44,358 bases of DNA, taken from contig JBBIJL010000002.1 in the NCBI GenBank assembly GCA_037446005.1, forward strand, positions 1 through 44,358, in the 5' to 3' direction. The notes under the pieces were generated by a model. The model saw nothing but the letters and a program-made list of their open reading frames with translations, was not told the origin of the DNA and did not search any database. Both the position numbers and the translations under genes were made by a program. Positions 37,229 through 44,358 of the stretch are shown in pieces. This stretch comes from Gallionellaceae bacterium (GTDB lineage: Bacteria; Pseudomonadota; Gammaproteobacteria; Burkholderiales; Gallionellaceae). The stretch's first letter is position 1. The number at the start of each line of letters is the position of its first letter.

Positions 37229-38131
37229 ATGCCAACACAAAATTATTCAGCACAAAACGCGTTGGCAGAGGCGCAACACAACAAAACAAACGGCTTTGTA
37301 GCAGTGGCGACAACGCCAATTCTCGGTTTGCCGCGCAACGCGCGCCTGCCCATCAACCGCTGCAACCTGCCCGCAGACATACTCGGCGGTCTTACTTTTC
37401 AGCGCGCACCCGTCGCGCTCGAACTCGACGGCATCGCGCAATTCCACCGCGGATTTTTTGCGCTGCTGGATAAGCTCGACGATGCAAATGAGCGAGCACG
37501 CGCTTTCACCATGCACATGAATGCCGCCTTCTATCTGGACGAACCGGAACAGGCGGGCTACTCGCTGCAAACAATGAATAAGCGCCAGAAGGCCGACTAC
37601 CTGCGCATGGTGCGCGGCTGGGGTTTCGATGCGGACGGCAGGGAAGGGGCGGCGCTCAAAGGCTGGGTCGAATCGCGCTTCGGCCTACTGCCGCGCCATC
37701 ACGGCGGCAACATCCGCGATTTTTCCAGCAACACTTACCGGCATTATCTGGAAATGCGCGCCACCGCTTTATATGGCACCAACGCATTGGAAGCCCAGTT
37801 CGACCTGCTCTACAGCTATTGCCAATATGAACTCGCGCGCCAACACCCGGGGCAAACCCACCTCACCCTGTATCGCGGCGTGAACCGCGTGGACGACCAC
37901 GAGACCCTCGCCACGCTCGACAGCAAACGCCGCGTCGTCCTGTTCAACAGCCTGAGCTCCTTCACCGCCAACCGCGAACGCGCCGACGAATTTGGCGACT
38001 ACCTGCTCACCGCGCAGGTGCCGTTATCAAAAATATTTTTCTACACGAGCTTACTGCCGGGGATGTTGCAAGGGGAAGACGAGTACACGGTGATTGGCGG
38101 GTTGTATGAGGTGAGTATTGCGGCGTATTGA
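37229..38131 (+). CDS. draT: NAD+-dinitrogen-reductase ADP-ribosyltransferase DraT
   Basis: ..GWGFDADGREGAALKGWVESRFGLLP.., ..LTLYRGVN.., ..NSLSSFT.., ..QGEDEYTVIGG.. match DraT (R-S-ExE ART logic) as I remember the R. rubrum protein. It is divergent from nifH. The start is uncertain: ATG 37229, GTG 37304 or TTG 37328. The ORF-track start 37148 would cross the nifH promoter. Confidence 0.88.
   Translation: MPTQNYSAQNALAEAQHNKTNGFVAVATTPILGLPRNARLPINRCNLPADILGGLTFQRAPVALELDGIAQFHRGFFALLDKLDDANERARAFTMHMNAAFYLDEPEQAGYSLQTMNKRQKADYLRMVRGWGFDADGREGAALKGWVESRFGLLPRHHGGNIRDFSSNTYRHYLEMRATALYGTNALEAQFDLLYSYCQYELARQHPGQTHLTLYRGVNRVDDHETLATLDSKRRVVLFNSLSSFTANRERADEFGDYLLTAQVPLSKIFFYTSLLPGMLQGEDEYTVIGGLYEVSIAAY
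37297..37312. promoter_or_regulatory. NifA UAS (TGT-N10-ACA)
   Basis: TGTAGCAGTGGCGACA lies 98 bp upstream of the -24 element. Confidence 0.75.
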
Positions 38132-38140
38132 TCCAACAGG

Positions 38141-38218
38141 TAGGGGGCAATAAGCATAGCGCATTGCACCGGATGTTTGAGGCTTTTCATGCGGCGCAAT
38201 GCCCGTTGATTATTGCGC
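38141..38218. repeat. cluster of overlapping GCGCAATGC/GCATTGCGC palindromes (REP/BIME-like)
   Basis: Imperfect 15-bp stem (38161-38175 with 38188-38202, 13 of 15 positions paired), a perfect 7-bp stem GCGCAAT/ATTGCGC (38194-38200 with 38212-38218), and a further GCAAT/ATTGC pair. It lies immediately after the draT stop, at the edge of the A+T-rich segment. Confidence 0.5.
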
Positions 38219-38291
38219 GAAATCAAAAATAAAAGCCCAATTTCTTAATGATAGGAAAAAGGCTTAATTCCAACCAACTGGAGTTCGTTAG

Positions 38292-39185
38292 ATGTCAAAT
38301 AGTTTCGTTCAATTCCCCCATCCAGGGGGAGAACCCCCAATCAATTTCATCAGAGGAAATATTTGTCCCGCCAATACTACGGGAAATCACTTTCGAAAAT
38401 TTCTCCTAGCCGAGAATGGTTGTTATCTTGCCCAGAACAGCAATGCAGAGCCAAAAGACTGGGAACGTAAAGAGAATTCCTGTTTTACCCTATGGGGGGA
38501 GTGGGAGCTACCCTCCCGCGTCACCTTTCCCCCTAACTTCCACCAAAGTCCACGCACCATTCAATACAATGGATTTCCTTTCCAATTACATACGCCCATT
38601 AAACCCTCTATGCCTTTTAGCAACGGCATCAAAGCAAGTTCATGCGGCATCAAGACAACCTCGTGTAGCGCCACCTCTGCGTCATGCGCTACACAGGGCG
38701 CAAAGTCCACGGATCCTTTCGTATTTTGCGAACCGATGCTCTACTATCACTGCAAAATTAAAAGGTACAAGAAGCTTAGAAGTTTGAACAATGGTGACAT
38801 TGTAGTTTTTGGCTCCAAACTCAACGGAAAATTTGTTGTCGATACTGTGTTTGTTGTGAACAATCGGGTATCAGTGCAAGACCAATCTCTGTGCGGGCTA
38901 TTCTCACAAGCCAACGGAGGTTATTTTTCCACCGATCCGCTTGTCTATCGCGGAGCAACCTTTGCAAATCCCGTTAATGGAATGTTCAGCTTCTTTCCCG
39001 CCTTGCCATGCAGCGACGGAACACCGCAGCCTTTCGCTCGACCAACTTTGAATTTATCCGGACTCATAAATCATAAACACGGACGCGGATTGCGCGCTAT
39101 ATCTATTCAAAATGCCAAGCAAGTATGGATGGACATCGTCAATCAAATCACGCAACAAGGCAATGTTCTCGGTCTGCGTGCATAG
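38292..39185 (+). CDS. orphan hypothetical protein (297 aa) in an A+T-rich islet
   Basis: ATG 38292 with TGGAG upstream. A clean long ORF in DNA that is visibly more A+T-rich than the flanks. Local motifs: VQFPHPGGE, LWGEWELPS, a Cys/Ser/Thr-rich linker, and DIVVFGSK..KFVVDTVFVV. I cannot assign a family. Confidence 0.6.
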   Translation: MSNSFVQFPHPGGEPPINFIRGNICPANTTGNHFRKFLLAENGCYLAQNSNAEPKDWERKENSCFTLWGEWELPSRVTFPPNFHQSPRTIQYNGFPFQLHTPIKPSMPFSNGIKASSCGIKTTSCSATSASCATQGAKSTDPFVFCEPMLYYHCKIKRYKKLRSLNNGDIVVFGSKLNGKFVVDTVFVVNNRVSVQDQSLCGLFSQANGGYFSTDPLVYRGATFANPVNGMFSFFPALPCSDGTPQPFARPTLNLSGLINHKHGRGLRAISIQNAKQVWMDIVNQITQQGNVLGLRA

Positions 39186-39220
39186 TTCACGTAAGGCACA
39201 ATCCTTATTGTGCCGAATGT

Positions 39221-39382
39221 TTTGATCTCGCCCGCACAGGCTCTCACCAACACAAAACACTTGCCCTTAATTCGGATATCTGCGCGTCCGCGATTTTGTC
39301 CGGCGCGAAGGTGCTGTTGTCTGAAGATATGCAAGACGGTTTAAAGATCGACGGCATGTCCGTAAAAAATCCTTTCGCATAA
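39221..39382 (+). pseudogene. 3' remnant of a PIN-domain toxin gene
   Basis: The translation ends ..LALNSDICASAILSGAKVLLSEDMQDGLKIDGMSVKNPFA*, matching the C-terminal ..WDA.I.A.A......LLSED...G....G....NPF of a PIN family I recall. About 80 N-terminal residues and any antitoxin are missing. Confidence 0.55.
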
Positions 39383-39579
39383 TCGCTCCTGCATCCCGCA
39401 CGCCGACCTCTGGCTGATTTCTTGCTCCTCCCCCCGGCTGCCATCGGCAATATCGCCAGTCATTTGCTCTGGCCTGCACATTTCCATTCGTCCGCACGCA
39501 GGTGCGACATGAATGTAGGCAAACCGACATTGCCGGTGATTTTTGTTGCGTGGTTTTCGTAAAAATATTTGGAGCGACG

Positions 39580-40197
39580 ATGAAGTTTTACATGACACCC
39601 GGCTCGTGCTCGACCGGCATCCACATTCTGCTCGAAGAGCTGGAGCTCACGTTCGAGGTGTATCTGGTCAATCTGATGGCGGGCGATCATCTCAAGCCGG
39701 AGAATTTGGCGGTGAATCCGAAGGCCACCATTCCGACGTTGGTGCGCGATGACGGTGTGCCCATCACCGAGTTTCAGGCTATCGCTTGGTGGCTGGCGCG
39801 CGCGTATCCCAAGGCGGGTTTGTTGCCGGCGGATAGCGAAGGCGAAGTGCGCGTGATCGAAACGCTCGATTACGTGGTCGGCACGATACACGGGCAGGGC
39901 TACACGCGCATTTTTACTACGGAGAATTATTCGGCCAACAAGGCGGAGCACGAGGCGATTCGGGCGCGCGGGCGCGAGATCGTCGCCAAGGGTTTTGCGG
40001 TGCTGAACGAGGTGCTGGCCGGAAAAGAATATGCGGTCGGCCGCTTCAGCATCGCCGATGCGGCGCTGTTCTATGTCGAATTCTGGGCCGACAAGATCAA
40101 GCTGGAAGTGCCGCCGAATTGTCTGGCGCATTACCGCCGCATGCTGCAACGGCCTGCGGTGCGGCGGGTGTTGCTGGAAGAAGGGTACCGGGTTTGA
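39580..40197 (+). CDS. glutathione S-transferase (beta-class-like)
   Basis: ATG 39580 with GGAG upstream (the ORF track starts at 39502). MKFYMTPGSCSTGIHILLEE.., ..NPKATIPTL.., ..SIADAALFYV... Confidence 0.88.
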   Translation: MKFYMTPGSCSTGIHILLEELELTFEVYLVNLMAGDHLKPENLAVNPKATIPTLVRDDGVPITEFQAIAWWLARAYPKAGLLPADSEGEVRVIETLDYVVGTIHGQGYTRIFTTENYSANKAEHEAIRARGREIVAKGFAVLNEVLAGKEYAVGRFSIADAALFYVEFWADKIKLEVPPNCLAHYRRMLQRPAVRRVLLEEGYRV

Positions 40198-40202
40198 GTG
40201 CC

Positions 40203-41588
40203 ATGAAGGAAAAGACCTCACAAATTAAAACCGCGCTCGATTGGTCGGCCTATGAGAGCTACGGCAGTTTCGGCTTTGATAGTTTCGGCGGTTTGGGCGA
40301 GAGCGATGCGCTCGCGCCGTCGGCGGGTGGCGGTTACGCCAAGGCCGCTGCGGTATGTATGGGGAAGCGCCAGTGCCAGCGCAAAGAGGCGGGGGTGATG
40401 TGTCCCAGTTTTCGCGTCACCGATAAAGACGAGCATTCGACCCATCACCGCGCCGTCACGCTCAAGGCCGCGCTCGCCGGTGAGCTGGGCGCCCAGCCGT
40501 TCGCGGGAGCAGAGCTGGCGGCCGCCATGGAGCTGTGCGTGAGTTGCAAGGGATGCAAAAGCGAATGCCCGCACGGTGTGGACATGGCGCTGTTGCGCGT
40601 CGAAGCGCTGGCGCAACGCTGGGCGGCGCAGGGGCGCGTGCCGTTGCGCACACGCCTGTTCGCCTATACGCCGCGCTTCGCCATGCACTTGAAGCTCTTC
40701 AACTGGCTAAACGCCGTGCGCAAACACATTCCGCTGATCGCCAATGCGCTGGAGCGCTGGCCGGGCATCGCCGCCAAGCGTTCGCTGCCTCAAGCGGCGG
40801 CGCGCGATTTTCTTTCCACACAGCCGCAGTCGGTTTCGCCGGCTGAGAATGCGCGTGAAGTTGTGCTGTTGGTGGATACCTTTTCCAACCATCTCGATCC
40901 GCAGATTGCCCATGCCGCACTGGAGGTGTTGCAGGCGGCGAGCTACACCGTGCATATTGCGCAGCCAGCGGCAGGTGAGCGCCCGCTGTGCTGCGGACGT
41001 ACTTTTCTTTCCAACGGGCTGGTCGCCGAAGCGCGCGCCGAGGCAACCCGCTTGCTCGATGCGCTCGCCCCGTTTGCCGAACGCGGGCTCCCCGTCATCG
41101 GGCTGGAGCCTTCCTGCCTGCTGATGCTGCGCGACGAATACCATTCGCTCGGGTTGGGCGAGCGCGTCCTCACGTTCGCAAAATCCGCCGTGCTGCTGGA
41201 AGAGTTTCTCGCACGCGAACACGATGCCAAGCGTCTGACCTTGCCGCTCAAACCGCTGAATGAAAAAGTGCTGGTGCACGGACACTGCCACCAGAAGGCG
41301 TTCGGCGCGATGACGGCGATGTGCAATGTGCTGGCGCTGGTGCCGGAGTTGCAGGTCGAGTTTATCGAGGCGAGCTGTTGCGGTATGGCGGGCTCGTTCG
41401 GCATGGAAGCGGAACATTACGACGTGTCGATGCGGATGGGCGAACTCTCCCTGCTGCCGCAGGTGCGCGCCGCCGGGGCGGATACGCTGCTGCTCGCCAA
41501 CGGCACGAGCTGCCGCCACCAGATACGCGACGGCGCGGCGCGCGAAGCGCAGCATCTGGCGCAAGTGCTGCAACGGGCGATAGGCTAG
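40203..41588 (+). CDS. (Fe-S)-binding protein with two CCG domains, lacking an FAD-binding module
   Basis: ATG 40203 lies 5 nt after the GST stop. ..C.GKRQC....GVMCPSF..T.DE.HST.. and CVSCKGCKSECP cluster motifs, then ..CCG.. (LCCGRTF, ASCCGMAG). The pattern corresponds to the C-terminal half of YdiJ/GlcF-type proteins. Confidence 0.75.
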   Translation: MKEKTSQIKTALDWSAYESYGSFGFDSFGGLGESDALAPSAGGGYAKAAAVCMGKRQCQRKEAGVMCPSFRVTDKDEHSTHHRAVTLKAALAGELGAQPFAGAELAAAMELCVSCKGCKSECPHGVDMALLRVEALAQRWAAQGRVPLRTRLFAYTPRFAMHLKLFNWLNAVRKHIPLIANALERWPGIAAKRSLPQAAARDFLSTQPQSVSPAENAREVVLLVDTFSNHLDPQIAHAALEVLQAASYTVHIAQPAAGERPLCCGRTFLSNGLVAEARAEATRLLDALAPFAERGLPVIGLEPSCLLMLRDEYHSLGLGERVLTFAKSAVLLEEFLAREHDAKRLTLPLKPLNEKVLVHGHCHQKAFGAMTAMCNVLALVPELQVEFIEASCCGMAGSFGMEAEHYDVSMRMGELSLLPQVRAAGADTLLLANGTSCRHQIRDGAAREAQHLAQVLQRAIG

Positions 41589-41621
41589 GCCGGTTTCGCC
41601 GTAATCAGGCAAGATGCTCGT

Positions 41622-41649
41622 GCGCCAATTTCACGCTTGAAATTGGCGC
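41622..41649. terminator. 12-bp perfect hairpin between convergent genes
   Basis: GCGCCAATTTCA-CGCT-TGAAATTGGCGC followed by TGATATTGTT. Confidence 0.6.
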
Positions 41650-41662
41650 TGATATTGTTGGC

Positions 41663-41860
41663 TCAGAAATACGCCAGTATCGAAAATTCGGAAGCAAAGG
41701 CAACAAAAAATCCGGCGCCCCAGACCACGTAACTTTTGAAGCTGCTGCGTAATCCGTAAGGGCTGTTATCGACATCGCGGTTTATCAGCATCATGCCGCC
41801 CACGAGAACAACCATCCCCGCCAACAGTATGCAAAACATGAATAAAAGATAACTCATCAT
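41663..41860 (-). CDS. small two-TM membrane protein (about 65 aa)
   Basis: ATG 41860/41857 with GGGAGA upstream (the ORF track starts at GTG 41875). It has two hydrophobic stretches and a sigma54-type promoter upstream. Confidence 0.5.
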   Translation of the reverse strand: MMSYLLFMFCILLAGMVVLVGGMMLINRDVDNSPYGLRSSFKSYVVWGAGFFVAFASEFSILAYF

Positions 41861-41905
41861 CGTTCTCCCGATCACTCAATTCAGCCACATGGCAAGTTCA
41901 GTCGA

Positions 41906-41920
41906 GCATTTTGTGTGCCA
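41906..41920 (-). promoter_or_regulatory. sigma54-type promoter of the small membrane-protein gene
   Basis: The minus strand reads TGGCAC-ACAAA-ATGC (GG-N10-GC), about 45 nt upstream of ATG 41860. Confidence 0.55.
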
Positions 41921-42112
41921 CCTCCTGTTTTCGAGGGGAGGAGCCGAATAGACGGTGCGCGTGGCCTCGTTTTGAGGCGCGCCATTGACGTTCCGCCTCC
42001 GCATGGTGCGGCGCTCTACCCCGGCACTCTTGTGCGACAAGGTTTTCCGCTTTGTCGTGTTTGCTCCAAGCCGGGACTCGTTGTAACCCGCGCCAATACT
42101 GGAGGTCGTCGC

Positions 42113-42127
42113 TGGCGCGTTTATTGC
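42113..42127 (+). promoter_or_regulatory. sigma54-type promoter of the SIR2-like/hemerythrin pair
   Basis: TGGCGC-GTTTA-TTGC lies 41 nt upstream of ATG 42168. Confidence 0.6.
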
Positions 42128-42167
42128 GAATGTCCTGTTCGTCAAACACCACGAGGAGTTATTCCGC

Positions 42168-43028
42168 ATGAGCACCGCATTCGACAATATTTTTTCCGGC
42201 CTGTCCGACGGCAGCATCGTTCCCTATCTCGGCGCCGGCGCGCTGAATGGCGTGATTGATCCCGCTACGGGCAAAGCGATTCCCGCCGACAGCGACAGCC
42301 TGATTTTGGCGATGAACAACGGTCAGCCGATGGCGCCCAAATTGATGTACGAATTCCCGCGCGCGGCGATGAATGTGGAGCTCAAGCGCGGGCGCTCGGC
42401 GGTGAATAAATTTCTCGATGCCACTTATCGCGACACGCAATGGAGCACCTCCGCATTGCACGCTTGGCTCGCGCAGCAAAAGCTGCCTTATATCGTGGAT
42501 GCCAACCGCGACACGCAATTGCAAAAGCAATACGCCGGCACACCGCACACGCTGATCGTCGGCATCGCGCGCATGTCCGGCAAGGAATACCGCTTCCGCC
42601 TGTTCAACTACGACGGCGCGAGCTACTCGGCCATCGAACAGGAAGCGGTGGATACGCAGCAGCCCATCCTGTTCAAGCCGCTGGGCACGCCGCTGCCGGA
42701 ATCGAATTACATCGCATCGGATGCCGACTTTGTCGATTACATCACCGAACTGATGGGCGGCTTCGCCATTCCTTCGTTCGTCAAACGTTCGCGCCAGAAC
42801 AAGCGCTACCTGCTGCTCGGTCAGCGCCTGAACCGCGACACCGACCGCATGGTGTTCTCCGACCTCATCTTCGGCGCGGACAAGCCCGCCGGCTGGGCGT
42901 TCATCCCGCACCCGACCGACAAAGAGAAGCGCTATCTGGAAAAACTCAACATCGAGATCGTGAATGCCGACGTGACGGACTTTCTCACTGCCGCACAAAG
43001 CTGGAGCGGTAGCCCCGTCGCGGCATGA
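42168..43028 (+). CDS. SIR2-like (SIR2_2-type) domain protein lacking the usual catalytic His
   Basis: GAGGAG SD. The ordered motifs VPYLGAGAL, YIVDANRD (Asn about residue 113), ILFKPLGT where SIR2_2 proteins have ..KLHG.., IASDADFVDYI, and RYLLLGQRLNRDTD follow the SIR2_2 layout as I remember it. Confidence 0.5.
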   Translation: MSTAFDNIFSGLSDGSIVPYLGAGALNGVIDPATGKAIPADSDSLILAMNNGQPMAPKLMYEFPRAAMNVELKRGRSAVNKFLDATYRDTQWSTSALHAWLAQQKLPYIVDANRDTQLQKQYAGTPHTLIVGIARMSGKEYRFRLFNYDGASYSAIEQEAVDTQQPILFKPLGTPLPESNYIASDADFVDYITELMGGFAIPSFVKRSRQNKRYLLLGQRLNRDTDRMVFSDLIFGADKPAGWAFIPHPTDKEKRYLEKLNIEIVNADVTDFLTAAQSWSGSPVAA

Positions 43029-43420
43029 GCAAGCATCCGGCGCAATGGGACGAGGCGCGCCACTCGCTCGGCATGACCGAGATGGACAACACTCATCGCG
43101 AGTTCATCGCCCAAGTGGCTGCACTCATCGCGGCTAGCGATGCAGAATTCCCCGCGTTGTTTCAAGCGCTGGTCAATCACACCCGCGCGCATTTCACCGC
43201 CGAAGGCAACTTGATGCGCGCCTCGAAATACCGGGGGCTGCCGGAACACGAGAGCGAGCACCACCGCGTGCTGGGCGAACTGCTGCAACTCAACCGCACA
43301 CTCAAGCGCGGCCATTTGCCGCTAGTGCGCGCCTATGTGAAAGAAGGCCTGCCGGAGTGGTTCGATACGCACTTGGCGATGATGGACGCCGCGCTGGCGA
43401 TGCACCTAAAGAAGAGTTGA
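43025..43420 (+). CDS. bacteriohemerythrin
   Basis: ATGA overlap with the upstream stop. Ligand pattern W....LG...MD..H, H..AHF.AE (HxxxE), H.SEHH, and H....D (THLAMMD). Confidence 0.85.
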   Translation: MSKHPAQWDEARHSLGMTEMDNTHREFIAQVAALIAASDAEFPALFQALVNHTRAHFTAEGNLMRASKYRGLPEHESEHHRVLGELLQLNRTLKRGHLPLVRAYVKEGLPEWFDTHLAMMDAALAMHLKKS

Positions 43421-43444
43421 GGTACCCCACGCCCGTTACAAAAT

Positions 43445-44358
43445 CTATTCTTCCACCAGCAAGTCGAGTTTCTTCGCCAGCCACTTGGTCGTGGTGGCCT
43501 GGATCAGGATGGTCATCAGGATGGCAATGAAGGTGACCGAGGCGATGATCTGCGCGCCCGGCGCTTTCATGCCGACCAGCATGCCGGCCAGTGCGCCGGG
43601 GATGACGCCGGTCTCGCGCGTCCAGCACATGAACAGCATCTCCTTGAAGCTCCATTTGGCGCGGCGATCCGGCAGCGCGCACAGGAACACGGTGACGGGG
43701 CGCGCCACCAGCATGAACACCATCACCACGCCGACGCCCGCCCACAGGTATTGGTTCATCAGGCCGAAGTCCACTTGCGTGCCGAGCAGGATGAAGATGA
43801 ACATGCGCATGATGAATGCGGTGGTCATCACGAAATCTTCCAGTTGATGGCTCTCGCTTTCGGTGCGTTTGAAACCGAGCGACTCCACGTTGCCCAGCAT
43901 GATGCCGAACACGAACACCGCCATGAAGCCGCTGGCATGCAATCCGTCCGCCGCCATGTAAGCCGCGATCACCGCCATGAGTGTCACCACCGGGGCGAAC
44001 TCGGCGAGAAAGTTGTAGCGTTCGTGCGCGATCAGCAAGGCGGCGAGATAACCCAGCACGCCGCCGATCACGATGCCGAACGAAGCCTGTTTGAGCAGGT
44101 CGAGCAGCGCGTCGGATGCGGAGAACTCGCCCGCGCCCATTGCCACGCCGAGCACGGTGAAAGTGACGATGGCGCCCATCGCATCGTTAAACGCGGATTC
44201 GCTCATCACCGTCTGCGCCACGCGCTCCTTGATCTTGATCTGCTTGAACACCGGCACCAGCGTCGCAGGGTCGGTGGAAGCCAGCGTTGCCCCCAACAGC
44301 AGCGCCACGATGAGCGGCACTCCGAGGAGGTAATAGGCGGCCGCACCGGTGATCGCGG
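43445..44358 (-). CDS. CPA1-family Na+(K+)/H+ antiporter, 5' end outside the window
   Basis: The frame is open to the window edge. ..LGATLASTDPA.. and ..SESAFNDAMGIV-type motif (here SESAFNDAMGAIV), with multiple TM helices. Confidence 0.85.
   Translation of the reverse strand, partial: AITGAAAYYLLGVPLIVALLLGATLASTDPATLVPVFKQIKIKERVAQTVMSESAFNDAMGAIVTFTVLGVAMGAGEFSASDALLDLLKQASFGIVIGGVLGYLAALLIAHERYNFLAEFAPVVTLMAVIAAYMAADGLHASGFMAVFVFGIMLGNVESLGFKRTESESHQLEDFVMTTAFIMRMFIFILLGTQVDFGLMNQYLWAGVGVVMVFMLVARPVTVFLCALPDRRAKWSFKEMLFMCWTRETGVIPGALAGMLVGMKAPGAQIIASVTFIAILMTILIQATTTKWLAKKLDLLVEE

Noticed and set aside
38292-39185. The idea that the 297-aa ORF after draT is a non-orthologous replacement for DraG
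   Set aside because: It shows none of the ADP-ribosylglycohydrolase features I remember, its composition looks foreign, and it is separated from draT by a palindromic repeat cluster. Position alone is not evidence.
39460-40221. 253-aa minus-strand ORF covering the GST gene
   Set aside because: It is antisense to a clear GST with an RBS. The translation is Arg-rich with no recognisable domain.
42159-42998. 279-aa minus-strand ORF opposite the SIR2-like gene
   Set aside because: It has no RBS and an Arg/Ala/His-rich composition. The plus-strand ORF has a GAGGAG SD, ordered motifs and a coupled downstream gene.

Overview
This is a high-GC (about 60% by eye, not computed) proteobacterial chromosome segment. 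Gene content and order suggest a diazotrophic betaproteobacterium, but that is inference only. The core (15.9-38.1 kb, almost all on the minus strand) is a molybdenum-nitrogenase island made of three units. Unit 1 is nifHDKT, a ferredoxin, nifY/nafY and orf90. Unit 2 is an LRV 4Fe-4S protein plus orf321. Unit 3 is a long run of tightly spaced or overlapping genes: nifENX, an RseC-like gene, DUF269, DUF683, ferredoxin III, a [2Fe-2S] ferredoxin, orf126, nifZ, a SagB-like dehydrogenase, an ankyrin protein and orf105. A modEABC molybdate-uptake operon and a divergent porin gene sit inside the island, and draT lies divergent from nifH with no draG next to it. The left flank carries an EF-hand protein, a FIST / GGDEF-EAL / ApbE unit, mgtE, an orphan fliC, an orf185-flavodoxin pair, an NmrA/HxlR pair, a cpATP-grasp / alpha-E / Anbu operon, yegD and a glutaredoxin-like gene. 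The right flank carries an A+T-rich islet (orphan 297-aa ORF plus a PIN-toxin remnant), a GST, an Fe-S/CCG protein lacking an FAD domain, a small membrane protein, a SIR2-like/hemerythrin pair and a partial Na+/H+ antiporter. I read nine -24/-12 (sigma54) promoters by eye. Four of them lie downstream of one of five copies of an extended NifA-type UAS (TTGTAGC-N7-ACA). One UAS copy sits midway between two of these promoters, the divergent porin and modEABC promoters, and one copy (8599-8614) has no partner promoter. I recognised no rRNA, tRNA, CRISPR array, transposase or integrase. All family assignments come from motifs read in the translations and from memory of those families. No database search was run.
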